Positions 20,585 to 29,666 of a stretch of DNA of 64,000 nucleotides are shown piece by piece. Numbering within the stretch: position 1 is the first letter of the stretch; each line of letters begins with the position of its first letter. Source of the DNA: an uncultured Alphaproteobacteria bacterium (GTDB lineage Bacteria > Pseudomonadota > Alphaproteobacteria > Rhizobiales > Xanthobacteraceae); the NCBI GenBank assembly GCA_963823115.1, contig CAWGKJ010000015.1:70795-134794 (forward strand), in the 5' to 3' direction. Made by a program: the position numbers and the translations under genes. Below the pieces are notes generated by a model. The model was given only the letters and a program-made list of their open reading frames with translations. It made no database searches and was not told the DNA's origin.

Positions 20585-20604
20585 ACGGCTGCAGGAGCGA
20601 CGTC

Positions 20605-21237
20605 ATGCAATCGGTCCGGTTGAAGGTCTATTCGATCGATGGCGTGACGCCGGTGGTGCACCCGCTTGCCTTTGTTCATCCCGAGGCGGTTCTGATAGGC
20701 GACGTAATCGTCGAGGAAGGCTGTTATGTCGGTCCTTGCGCGTCGCTTCGGGGCGATTTCGGGCGAATCATCGTCCGGAAGGGGTCGAACGTTCAGGACA
20801 ACTGCACCTTGCATAGCATGCCGGGCTTCGATTGCGATATCGGAGCCAACGGCCATATCGGGCATGGCGCTGTCATTCACAGCGCGCAGCTCGGTTCCAA
20901 CGTTCTTATCGGGATGAACGCCGTGGTGATGGATCACGCGCGGATCGGCGAAGCCGCGATGATCGGGGCAATGAGCTTTGTGAAGGCAGGCGCCGAAGTG
21001 CCAGCCCGTCATCTTGCCGCGGGCGTTCCGGCTCGGGTGTTGCGGGAGCTTTCAGCGGACGAACTCGCCGGGAAGGTCGAGGGTACGAAAGTCTACCAGG
21101 AGCTTGCGCGCCGGTGCCTGGCTTCGTTACGGCTTGCCGAGCCTCTCGCGCATTTCGACGCGAACCGTCGCAGGGTGGATGCCGACATCGTCCTTCCGGC
21201 GCGGAGCGCGGCGGAGGCGGCGAAGCGACGCGGCTAG
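20605..21237 (+). CDS. PaaY-like hexapeptide-repeat (gamma carbonic anhydrase fold) protein
   Basis: VYSIDGVTPVVHP, ASLRGDFGRI, NVQDNC, GHIGHGAVIH. Confidence 0.85.
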   Translation: MQSVRLKVYSIDGVTPVVHPLAFVHPEAVLIGDVIVEEGCYVGPCASLRGDFGRIIVRKGSNVQDNCTLHSMPGFDCDIGANGHIGHGAVIHSAQLGSNVLIGMNAVVMDHARIGEAAMIGAMSFVKAGAEVPARHLAAGVPARVLRELSADELAGKVEGTKVYQELARRCLASLRLAEPLAHFDANRRRVDADIVLPARSAAEAAKRRG

Positions 21238-21257
21238 ATGCACGCCCCTTCAACCCG

Positions 21258-21271
21258 TTGATTTAAATCAA
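21258..21271. promoter_or_regulatory. Perfect FNR/AadR box
   Basis: TTGAT-TTAA-ATCAA upstream of the 21350 ORF/hbaR unit. Confidence 0.85.
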
Positions 21272-21349
21272 TGCAAGCAGAAACCCGGTCGGAAACAGTT
21301 TCAAACAACAGCAAGATAATTCACGAATAGCCTCCGGGAGGATGGTCTA

Positions 21350-21787
21350 ATGATCGCAAAGTCGGTCGGTTGGACGACGGGTGGCCCGCCCCGCCATCTT
21401 GATCCCGTGGAATCCAGCAAAAAAAACCTGGGCCCGGACGAGGTTCTCGTCAAGATTGACGGGCGCCAAGCAAGGGGCATCGATCTCAAGACAGCCTGCG
21501 ACGGCGGGGATAAGACGCTTGGATCGCAAGCGGTCTGCCGCGGTGTCCCTGGCCGCGTCGTGGAGGCTGGCGCGAACGCGTTGTGGTATGTGGACCGCTC
21601 CGTCATTGTTCCTGCCGAAGGCAAGTGCGCAAGTTGCGACGCGGTCCAGCGCGACCGGGCAGCGGCACACTTCGGCGAAAACCTGATCGAAAATGATGAT
21701 GACGAGACACCTGCCAGGCTCGTCGTTGTGCGGGCAAGCGAACTCTGTGTGGTGTCGACGATCATCGATTGGCAGAAACCAGCATAG
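21350..21787 (+). CDS. Degenerate stand-alone paralog of the Had N-terminal (GroES-like) domain
   Basis: Aligns by eye with Had (EVLVKI/EVVVAV, GRVVEAG/GRVVATG, RSVIVPA/RAVIIPA, CASCD/CGECD). Most Zn ligands are lost and there is no NAD domain. GGGAGG RBS. Confidence 0.65.
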   Translation: MIAKSVGWTTGGPPRHLDPVESSKKNLGPDEVLVKIDGRQARGIDLKTACDGGDKTLGSQAVCRGVPGRVVEAGANALWYVDRSVIVPAEGKCASCDAVQRDRAAAHFGENLIENDDDETPARLVVVRASELCVVSTIIDWQKPA

Positions 21788-21867
21788 GTCGTAGTTCCGA
21801 TGCCGCGATCACGGTCGGCCTGGTTGTGCGTCTGCTCGCTTCGTCGCGAATGATTGGAGAGCTGGCT

Positions 21868-22593
21868 ATGGAATCGAAATTAACGGCCGGTGACCTCCAG
21901 GTGATCGCGCGCATCGCGGTGTTTCGCGGACTGAAGCCGGAAACCGTCGAGCACATCGTCGCGCCTGCGAAAGCCATCACGTTGCGACCGCGCGAATTGA
22001 TTGCCCGTCAGGACGAACCGGCGACCGCGTTCTTCATCGTGATCTACGGTTGGATAAAGCTCTATTGCAGCCTGTCATCGGGCGACGAGACGATCATCGA
22101 GACAGTTACAAAGGGCGGGAGCTTTGCCGAAGCCGTTGCATTCACCGGGAATCGATATCTTGCGACCGCCGAAGCGGTGGGCGAGGCGCGCATTGCACGA
22201 ATCCCCGCGGATCACGTCGTCCGCTGTATTCGTGACAACCCCGACATTGCGATGCCGATGATCGCGTCGATCTCTCAGCATATGAATTATCTCGTCCAGC
22301 ATATCAAGCAGCTCAAGGCGCAAAGCGGCGTTCAGCGGTTGGCCGAATATCTCGCGTCATTGTCGTTGGCGGAGCAGGGCCGTTGCGCGTTGGCGCTACC
22401 CTATGACAAGACCGTGATAGCAGGACAACTCGGTCTTAAGCCCGAGTCGTTGTCGCGGGCCTTCGCAAAGTTGAGAACGATCGGTGTCATGGTCGATGCG
22501 TCGCGCGTCGTCGTCGAGGACGTTGCCAAGCTCCGTCAGATTGCTGCCGACCATCGGGGTGTGGTGCAGGGCCCGCTGCGGCCCGAGAGTTGA
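21868..22593 (+). CDS. hbaR: Crp/Fnr-family regulator, HbaR-like
   Basis: cNMP-binding fold (GGSFAEA), HTH with LGLKPESLSR, no N-terminal Cys cluster. Near hcr/hbaA and downstream of an FNR box. Confidence 0.72.
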   Translation: MESKLTAGDLQVIARIAVFRGLKPETVEHIVAPAKAITLRPRELIARQDEPATAFFIVIYGWIKLYCSLSSGDETIIETVTKGGSFAEAVAFTGNRYLATAEAVGEARIARIPADHVVRCIRDNPDIAMPMIASISQHMNYLVQHIKQLKAQSGVQRLAEYLASLSLAEQGRCALALPYDKTVIAGQLGLKPESLSRAFAKLRTIGVMVDASRVVVEDVAKLRQIAADHRGVVQGPLRPES

Positions 22594-22683
22594 CGTCAGT
22601 TGTCGCCTATCGGCCAATTCCATAGTGCAAGCGCAGGAACGCACCGACCGTATCTTTCAAGTCCAACCAACGGAGATCTCCTA

Positions 22684-23094
22684 ATGCCATCGCAGCGTCT
22701 TGACCCACCGGGCTGGAAGCCACCGATCGGTTATGCGAACGGAATCAGCGTCGCGGCAGGCCAAATCGTGTTCATTGCCGGCCAGGTCGGATGGGATGCG
22801 GAGCAGCATTTCCAGAGCGAACAGCTCGTGCCGCAGTTTGAGCAGGCCCTCAAGAACATCCTCGCTATTCTTGCCCAGGCAGGCGGCAAGGCGACAGACA
22901 TCTGCAGGATTACGGCGTTTTGCATCGACAAGCCGGCTTACCTCGCCAACCGGCGCGAACTGGGACGCATCTGGAAATCCCTGATCGGAGACCATTATCC
23001 GGCGATGAGCATGATATTTGTCGCCGATCTTCTCGACACCCCTGCAAAGATTGAGTTGGAAGCGACAGCGGTCCTGCCCAATCCAGCGAAGTGA
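22684..23094 (+). CDS. RidA/YjgF-family enamine/imine deaminase
   Basis: PPGWKPPIGYANG, FIAGQVGW, HYPAMS, KIELEATAV. GGAG RBS. Confidence 0.88.
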   Translation: MPSQRLDPPGWKPPIGYANGISVAAGQIVFIAGQVGWDAEQHFQSEQLVPQFEQALKNILAILAQAGGKATDICRITAFCIDKPAYLANRRELGRIWKSLIGDHYPAMSMIFVADLLDTPAKIELEATAVLPNPAK

Positions 23095-23111
23095 GCACCG
23101 ATCCCACGACC

Positions 23112-23149
23112 GCGACGCAGTCAGCATTTCAGCGCTGCGTCGCTTTCTT
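23112..23149 (+). terminator. Putative intrinsic terminator between convergent ridA-like gene and hcrB
   Basis: GCGACGCAG...CTGCGTCGC stem followed by TTTCTT. Confidence 0.45.
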
Positions 23150-23220
23150 GCGCGTCAAGCCGGACGATTGACTGTCAGCGCTGAAAGGCGCCAGCGCCAG
23201 CCGGGCGTCAGAAGTGTTGT

Positions 23221-24204
23221 TCAGGCCTTGCACTCGGCGAACAGGCTTGCGGTCAGCCGGCGGGCTAGCGCCGCAGCCGATACCCGCCGATAGTTGGCGG
23301 ACGCAAGGGTGGTTCGCATCGGCTGGACCTGCTTTTGCACCAGCCGATCGATCTCCTGCAGGAGATGGTCATCGACCGATCGCAGCGCGAAACCATCGGT
23401 GCCTGACAGAAGGAATGGGCGGGAATTGGTGCCTGTCAGCGCGATCCGAAGTGAACCGATGTTTGCGCCGGATGGCGTGAGCGCAACCGCTACCCCGGCC
23501 AACGGATAGTCGATGGCGCCGCGCACCCGCACTTTCGCGTAGGCCGACAGCGGCGAGTTTGGCGGGAGATGGACGCCGGCGACGAGTTCGCCGTCCGCCA
23601 AGGCAAGATGCGCCTTGCCATCCTCGACATAAAGCTCCTGCAAGGGAATTCGCCGAATGCCCTGCGCGCTGGCGATATCCACCTCGGCGCCGAGAACAAG
23701 CAGAGCCGGCGCCAGATCGCCACTGAAGGCGGCGTGGCAACGTTTGCCTTGCGGCGCGACGTGACAAATATCGCCGCGGTTCTTGAGGCAATATGAATTC
23801 GCGTGCCGCCACCATTCGCTCTGGTTGTAGTAAATGCAGCGGGTATCGAGGCACAAATTTCCGCCGAGCGTTCCCAGGTTGCGGTGGCCGGGTGCGGCGA
23901 TTGCTCCGGCAGCCTGCGCCAGGGCGCGATAGTGCTTCCCGACGGCGGCGTTGCCCGCAATCGATGCGATCGTGACGCCCGCGCCGATCGTCATTCCGCC
24001 GTCGCTGGAATTGATCCCGGCAAGTTCGCCAATACCTGAAATATCAACCAGCAAATCCGGCTGCGTGATGCCACGGCGAATGTTCACGAGCAGGTCTGTT
24101 CCGCCCGCGACCATGCGGCTCCGCGGATGCGACAGCAGCGCCGCGATCGCCTCCTTGAGGGTGGCGGGTTTCGTGAGGCGCAGTTCGGCTAAGGCTAAGG
24201 TCAC
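23221..24204 (-). CDS. hcrB: 4-hydroxybenzoyl-CoA reductase beta (FAD, [4Fe-4S]) subunit (HbaD homolog)
   Basis: AGGTDLL, TLGGNLCLDTRCIYYNQSEWWR, CLK..GDICH insertion, RGAIDYPLAG. Confidence 0.93.
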   Translation of the reverse strand: MTLALAELRLTKPATLKEAIAALLSHPRSRMVAGGTDLLVNIRRGITQPDLLVDISGIGELAGINSSDGGMTIGAGVTIASIAGNAAVGKHYRALAQAAGAIAAPGHRNLGTLGGNLCLDTRCIYYNQSEWWRHANSYCLKNRGDICHVAPQGKRCHAAFSGDLAPALLVLGAEVDIASAQGIRRIPLQELYVEDGKAHLALADGELVAGVHLPPNSPLSAYAKVRVRGAIDYPLAGVAVALTPSGANIGSLRIALTGTNSRPFLLSGTDGFALRSVDDHLLQEIDRLVQKQVQPMRTTLASANYRRVSAAALARRLTASLFAECKA

Positions 24205-26534
24205 GATGCGGCCTTTGAACGTGCGAGCTTCGCCTTCCGGCGACGCTGGATGAGCGCTTCCACGACCCGGTCGGGGGTCACGGGCAATTCGTCGAAGTCG
24301 ATGCCGATTGCGTTGGCGATCGCGTTGACCATGGCTGGCGGGAAGCCGGCCAATGCGCCCTCGCTTGCCTCCTTTGCCCCGAAGGGCCCGAATGGATCGT
24401 GGCTTTCAACGATATGAACTTCGATCGGCGGAGATTCGGCGATCGTCGGCATGCGGTATTCGAGGAAACTCGCATGGGCCGCCAAACCATCGAGATAGCG
24501 GGTCTCTTCGCACAGCGCCTGGCCCATCCCCATCCAGACCGATCCCTCGATCTGTCCTACCACCGCAAGCGGATTGATCGCATGGCCGCAGTCCAGCGCA
24601 ACCCACACTTTTTCGATTGTCACCAGGCCGGTCGCATCGTCGACGCTCACCTCGACCACCTGGGCGCCGTAGCTGAAGCCCATGGTGGAGCCGACGGCGC
24701 CGCCGCGATGCTTGCCGCCCTGGAATTCGGGAGGGCAGGTGAAAGTTCCCTTCACAGTGATGGCGCCCTCGTCGACCAGCGCAGCGGCGACGACTTCGTC
24801 GAAGGGCAGGGCCGACTGGCCTCCCGTGCCGACGCGAAAAGTCTCTCCTATGCACTCGATCTCTTCCGGGCGGGCCTCCAGCTTGCGTGCGGCCGCGGCA
24901 ACCAGCTTGGCTTTCAGCTGCTTTGCGGCGTCGATCGCCGCGTTACCCACCATGAAAGTGATCCGTGACGAGTAAGCGCCGTTATCCTTCGGCGTGATGG
25001 CGGAATCGCCGGCAATGACGCGGATTCGACCGAGCGAGACGTCCAGCGTTTCCGCCACGGCGATCGCGACCATTGTCGAGGATCCCTGACCGATATCGGC
25101 CGCGCCCGTGAGCGCCGTAATCCCACCATCGAAGTCTACCTTGAGATTCACCAAAGCGTGCGGTTCGCCCGTGAAATGAATCGGTTTGGCAGACCCGCTG
25201 ACGTAGTGGGAGCAGGCCATGCCAAGGCCTTTGCCCGGCGGCATGTGACCGGCGCGTTCGCGCCATTGGCTCGCCCGCTCGACCTTGTCGAGACATTCGG
25301 GGAGTCCGTAGCTGTTCACCACCAAACCGTTCAGCGTCTGGGTGGGTGCCTGCAACAGGTTGGCACGGCGCACGGCGAACGGATCCAGCCCGAGTTCGCG
25401 GGCCATGCGGTCGACGAGACATTCGAACGTGTGGCGCATGTCGACCGAGCCGTGTCCACGCATCGCGCCGCAAGGCGGAAGATTGGTGTAGGCTCGGTAG
25501 CCGTCGTATTTGAGCGCTGGAATATCGTAGAGGCCCTGCAACAGAGCGCCCGCATAAAGGATCGTCACGATGCCATATCCGGCATACGCGCCGCCGCGCT
25601 GGACCACTTCGCAGGCGCAGGCAGTAAACCGGCCATCGCGCCGCATCCCGATCCGGAGGATGACGTCCGTTTGCGGTCGCGCGCGGTGAGTGAGGAACGT
25701 CTCCTCCCGGGTCAGCCGCATAAGTACCTTGCCGGCGGCCGCGCGTGCGAGAAGAGCCGTTATGATTTCAAAATTCAGGACCTCGACGCGCGCGCCAAAA
25801 CCGCCGCCGATAAACGGTTTCACCACACGGATCTGCGCTTCGGTCATCCGCAGGCATCGCGCCAGCATCAGGTGCAGGTAATAGCCGACCTGAGAAACGC
25901 TCTGGACAGTGAGCCGGTCGGTTATCGGGTCGTAATCCATCAGGCAGACATGCGGCTCGATTTGAGCGTGATTGACTTCCGCACAGTCGATCTTGACCTG
26001 GCGGACCAGATCCGCCGTTTCGAAGCCCTGTCGCCAGTCGCCAAACTCGTGATGAACCTCGCGTTCCAGATTGCCGGACTTGTTGTCATGCAACAGCATT
26101 GCGCCAGGAGCGCGAGCTTCTTCGGACGTGTAATAAGCGGGTAGCTCGCGCAGCTCCAGTTCGATCAGATCGAGCGCGCGTTCGGCCGTTTCCGCATTGA
26201 CCGCGGCCACCGCCGCTATCGGCTCACCGCGGTAGCGTACGCGACCCCGGGCCATCGGATACTCGTTCATGGCGATGGGGAGCACGCCATAGGTGAGGTC
26301 GCAGTCATCGCCGGTGATGACCGCCTCGACGCCTTCGAGCGCGCGAGCTCGGGACACGTCGAGCTTGACGATTTCTCCGTGGCTCACCGGGCTTCGCAGA
26401 ATGCGTCCGACAAGTGCGCCGGTATGGTCCAGATCGGCGGTGTAACGCGCGCGCCCGGTGACCTTCTCGATCCCGTCGATCAGGGGGACGCCGCGACGGC
26501 TGAGGCCGCCGTGAGTAACCGGTTCAGCAGTCAT
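24201..26534 (-). CDS. hcrA: 4-hydroxybenzoyl-CoA reductase alpha (Mo-cofactor) subunit (HbaC homolog)
   Basis: DGIEKVTGRA, GGGFGAR, GAMRGHG, DNGAYSSR, GGAVGSTMGFSY, GAKEASEG. Confidence 0.93.
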   Translation of the reverse strand: MTAEPVTHGGLSRRGVPLIDGIEKVTGRARYTADLDHTGALVGRILRSPVSHGEIVKLDVSRARALEGVEAVITGDDCDLTYGVLPIAMNEYPMARGRVRYRGEPIAAVAAVNAETAERALDLIELELRELPAYYTSEEARAPGAMLLHDNKSGNLEREVHHEFGDWRQGFETADLVRQVKIDCAEVNHAQIEPHVCLMDYDPITDRLTVQSVSQVGYYLHLMLARCLRMTEAQIRVVKPFIGGGFGARVEVLNFEIITALLARAAAGKVLMRLTREETFLTHRARPQTDVILRIGMRRDGRFTACACEVVQRGGAYAGYGIVTILYAGALLQGLYDIPALKYDGYRAYTNLPPCGAMRGHGSVDMRHTFECLVDRMARELGLDPFAVRRANLLQAPTQTLNGLVVNSYGLPECLDKVERASQWRERAGHMPPGKGLGMACSHYVSGSAKPIHFTGEPHALVNLKVDFDGGITALTGAADIGQGSSTMVAIAVAETLDVSLGRIRVIAGDSAITPKDNGAYSSRITFMVGNAAIDAAKQLKAKLVAAAARKLEARPEEIECIGETFRVGTGGQSALPFDEVVAAALVDEGAITVKGTFTCPPEFQGGKHRGGAVGSTMGFSYGAQVVEVSVDDATGLVTIEKVWVALDCGHAINPLAVVGQIEGSVWMGMGQALCEETRYLDGLAAHASFLEYRMPTIAESPPIEVHIVESHDPFGPFGAKEASEGALAGFPPAMVNAIANAIGIDFDELPVTPDRVVEALIQRRRKAKLARSKAAS

Positions 26535-27019
26535 GATTTGACGTCCGCTGCCGACTTGACCAATTCAAGAACTTTCACATAGCCCGTGCAGCGACAGAGA
26601 TTTCCGGACAGGGCGGAGCGTATCTCGTCGTCGGTAGGTGACGGATTGCGGCGTAACAGACCTTCCGCCGCCATGATCATTCCGGGGGTGCAAAAGCCGC
26701 ATTGCGCGCCCAGCTTCTCATGAAAGGCGCGCTGCAGCCGGCTGAGCTTGCCGTGCTTCGCCAGGCCTTCGACGGTTTCGACGTGGCGCCCCTCGCAGCG
26801 AGCCGCAAGCACGATACAGGACGGCACCGGCTCGTCGTCGATCAATACCGTGCATGCCCCGCACTCGCCGCCGTCGCAGCCGGTTTTCACGCCGGTGAGG
26901 TGCGCAACGTCGCGCAAGTAGTCGACGAGTAATTGTCCTTCTGCGACCGCGTCCTCGCGCATCCGCCCGTTGAGCTTAAGTTTTAGTAAACGCATCGTCT
27001 TCTGAGGCGGTGCATGCAT
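26531..27019 (-). CDS. hcrC: 4-hydroxybenzoyl-CoA reductase gamma (2x[2Fe-2S]) subunit (HbaB homolog)
   Basis: GCDGGECGAC, QCGFCTPG, GNLCRCTGY. GGAGGA RBS before ATG 27019. Confidence 0.92.
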   Translation of the reverse strand: MHAPPQKTMRLLKLKLNGRMREDAVAEGQLLVDYLRDVAHLTGVKTGCDGGECGACTVLIDDEPVPSCIVLAARCEGRHVETVEGLAKHGKLSRLQRAFHEKLGAQCGFCTPGMIMAAEGLLRRNPSPTDDEIRSALSGNLCRCTGYVKVLELVKSAADVKS

Positions 27020-27069
27020 CGAAACTGCTCCTCCAGCAGATAGTCTCCTCCCTTTGGGGTCGATGTTCC

Positions 27070-27136
27070 ATGACAAAAGTCAAGACATGGGAACAAATCG
27101 GTCGGAACATTGGGTGTTTCACCTGACCGAAGTCAA
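27070..27136. promoter_or_regulatory. Two Crp/Fnr-like TGAC-N4-GTCA boxes in the hcrC/hbaA divergent promoter
   Basis: ATGAC-AAAA-GTCAA (27070-27083) and CTGAC-CGAA-GTCAA (27123-27136). Confidence 0.55.
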
Positions 27137-27196
27137 GGAACGGTCTTCCGTTCGCCGGTAAACGGGAAGCTTCGGATCTGATCGGCGAGGTCGGCA

Positions 27197-28750
27197 ATGA
27201 CGGTTCGCGATTACAATGCTGCTGTCGATTTCGTTGATCGGAACGTCGCCGAAGGCCGGGGCGACAAAACCGCTTTTATCGATCCTTCGCGCAATCTGAC
27301 CTATGCGGAACTGCGGGACACCGCGGCGCGTGTCGGCCCGATGCTGGCGCGTCTCGGCATCGAAAGGGAAGACCGGATCGCAATCGTGTTGCTCGATACG
27401 GTTGAATTTCCGATACTCTTCTGGGGAGCTATACGGGCCGGCATAGTTCCGGTTCTGCTCAATACGCGGATAGCCGTCGACGAATATCGGTACCTGCTCG
27501 AAGATTCTCGCGCCAAGGCGGTATTTGTTTCGGCCGCTCTGCTTCCCGTTATCGAAGAGGCAGCGGCCGGGTTGCCAGATCTCAAGAGGATAGTTGTCGT
27601 TGGCGGAGGCCCTGCATCGAAGCCCCGCCTCGACGCGCTATTGGCGGCCGAGAATGAAGGTTCCGCGCCGGCGCGGACCTGCGCCGATGATGTCGCGTAT
27701 TGGCTCTACTCGTCCGGCACCACGGGAATGCCCAAAGGGGTCATGCACGTGCATTCCAGCCCGAGGCTTTTGGCGGAAAGCGCCGGCAAGCGCCGTATCG
27801 GTTATCGCGAGGACGACGTCGTGTTTTCCGCGGCGAAACTGTTCTTCTCCTATGGCCTCGGAAATGCGATTTTTTGTCCGATGTGGGTTGGAGCGACTTC
27901 AGTATTCTATCCGGAGCGGCCGACCCCGCAGACCGTCTTCGAGGTGCTGCGGGGGTATCAGCCGACGATGTTTTTCGCGGTCCCTACGCTCTATGCCGCA
28001 ATTCTTGCCGATCCGGAATGCACGGCGCAAAACATGTCGGGCCGGCTGCGATTGTGTTTTTCGGCCGGGGAAGCATTGCCGGCGCATGTTGGAGAGGCTT
28101 GGAAGGAACGATTCGCAATCGATATCGTGAACGGCGTCGGCTCGACCGAAATGGGGCATCTCTTTCTTACCAATCTTCCTGATGCCGTTGAATACGGCAC
28201 GTCGGGCGTCCCGGTGCATGGCTACCAGCTCAGACTGATCGACGAAGAGGGGCTGGACGTCGGCGATAACGAGATCGGCGAGCTTTTGGTAAATGGTGGA
28301 TCGGCGGCAGCAGGCTATTGGAACCAGCGAGAAAAATCGCGTCGTACATTCTTGGGCGAGTGGACGCGCACCGGCGACAAATACTTTCGGCGCCCGGACG
28401 GAGTTTACACATATTGCGGTCGTACCGACGATATGTTCAAAGTCAGCGGGATCTGGGTGTCGCCGTTTGAGGTTGAGGAAGCATTGACCAGCCATCCGCT
28501 GGTCGTCGAGGCCGCAGTCGTGCCCGCCGAGGACTCCGATGGCTTGATCAAGCCGAAGGCATACGTAGTGCTTGGCGACTGTGCCGCGAATGATTCCGAT
28601 TTGGCGCTTTACGAGGAACTCAAAGGGCATGTGAAACGGACGATCGGTCCATGGAAGTATCCGCGGTGGATCGTGTTCGTCGACAATTTGCCCAGAACCC
28701 CAAGCGGAAAACTTCAGCGCTTTCTGCTGCGCGAGATGGGGCATTCCTGA
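27197..28750 (+). CDS. hbaA: 4-hydroxybenzoate-CoA ligase (benzoate-CoA ligase family)
   Basis: YNAAVDFVDRN, YSSGTTGMPKG, FSAAKLFF.YGLGN, GSTE, WKYPRW. Divergent from hcrCAB. Confidence 0.85.
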   Translation: MTVRDYNAAVDFVDRNVAEGRGDKTAFIDPSRNLTYAELRDTAARVGPMLARLGIEREDRIAIVLLDTVEFPILFWGAIRAGIVPVLLNTRIAVDEYRYLLEDSRAKAVFVSAALLPVIEEAAAGLPDLKRIVVVGGGPASKPRLDALLAAENEGSAPARTCADDVAYWLYSSGTTGMPKGVMHVHSSPRLLAESAGKRRIGYREDDVVFSAAKLFFSYGLGNAIFCPMWVGATSVFYPERPTPQTVFEVLRGYQPTMFFAVPTLYAAILADPECTAQNMSGRLRLCFSAGEALPAHVGEAWKERFAIDIVNGVGSTEMGHLFLTNLPDAVEYGTSGVPVHGYQLRLIDEEGLDVGDNEIGELLVNGGSAAAGYWNQREKSRRTFLGEWTRTGDKYFRRPDGVYTYCGRTDDMFKVSGIWVSPFEVEEALTSHPLVVEAAVVPAEDSDGLIKPKAYVVLGDCAANDSDLALYEELKGHVKRTIGPWKYPRWIVFVDNLPRTPSGKLQRFLLREMGHS

Positions 28751-28885
28751 ATGTTCGAGATTGAAACCATGGCTCGATATTCGAACTCACAATGGCGCGT
28801 GATGCTGATCGAGCCCCAGGAGACCCACAAACTGTTCAACGCCGCCGACACCCGCAAGAGGGGCAAGGCATTTCTCGATAAATGA
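28751..28885 (+). pseudogene. Short ORF ending in a crotonase-like C-terminal remnant
   Basis: 44 aa ending ETHKLFNAADTRKRGKAFLDK*, resembling the F...D..EG..AF.EK tail of enoyl-CoA hydratases. Confidence 0.35.
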
Positions 28886-28895
28886 GGGTTAAAAC

Positions 28896-29636
28896 ATGAG
28901 GCTCGAAGGAAAAACCGCAGTAGTCACCGGGGCCGCTTCCGGTATCGGTCGTGCGACCGCCGAGACCCTGGCTCGCGCTGGCGCGAATGTCATCATTGCC
29001 GATCTTTCCGCCGACAAGGGCGAGGAGGAGGCCGCACGCCTTCGCAACAGCGGTCTAAAGGCCAGCTTCATGCGGATCGATGTTGCATCCGACGAATCCA
29101 TTGCCGCTTTTGCAAAGCTCGCACTGGGGCAGGGCGAGGTGCACGTCTTGGTGAACTGCGCCGGCTTCGGCAAAGGACAACCCTTCGTCGACAATGACAC
29201 GGCATTCTGGGAGCGCGTCGTCGACATCAACATGCTCGGGCCGATCAAGCTCACGCGCGCGTTGCTCGGGCCAATGATCGATCGGCGGTCGGGCAAGATC
29301 GTCAACGTCGCAAGCGACGCAGGGCGGGTCGGCAGTTCTGGCGAAACCGTCTATTCCGGCGCGAAGGGCGGCCTGATCGCCTTCAGCAAAGGGCTGGCCC
29401 GCGAGATGGCGCGCTATTCGATCAACGTGAATTGCGTGTGTCCCGGGCCTACCGAAACTCCGATGTTAATGGCTTTGCCGGAGAACCACCTGGAGGCGTT
29501 CAAGCGCGCGATTCCGTTGCGCCGGTTCGGCCAGCCCACAGATATCGCCAACGCTATTCTGTTTTTCGCCAGCGATTTGTCGAACTACATCACCGGTCAG
29601 ACGCTGAGCGTGTCCGGTGGATTGACGATGGCCTGA
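28896..29636 (+). CDS. Short-chain dehydrogenase, BadH/BzdZ-like
   Basis: TGAASGIG, VASDAGRVGSSGE.VYSGAKGG, CPGPT, YITGQTLSVSGGLTM. Paralog of 59081-59848. Confidence 0.88.
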   Translation: MRLEGKTAVVTGAASGIGRATAETLARAGANVIIADLSADKGEEEAARLRNSGLKASFMRIDVASDESIAAFAKLALGQGEVHVLVNCAGFGKGQPFVDNDTAFWERVVDINMLGPIKLTRALLGPMIDRRSGKIVNVASDAGRVGSSGETVYSGAKGGLIAFSKGLAREMARYSINVNCVCPGPTETPMLMALPENHLEAFKRAIPLRRFGQPTDIANAILFFASDLSNYITGQTLSVSGGLTMA

Positions 29637-29666
29637 TCGGGCCGCCACAAGGCAAGGGAGACACAC

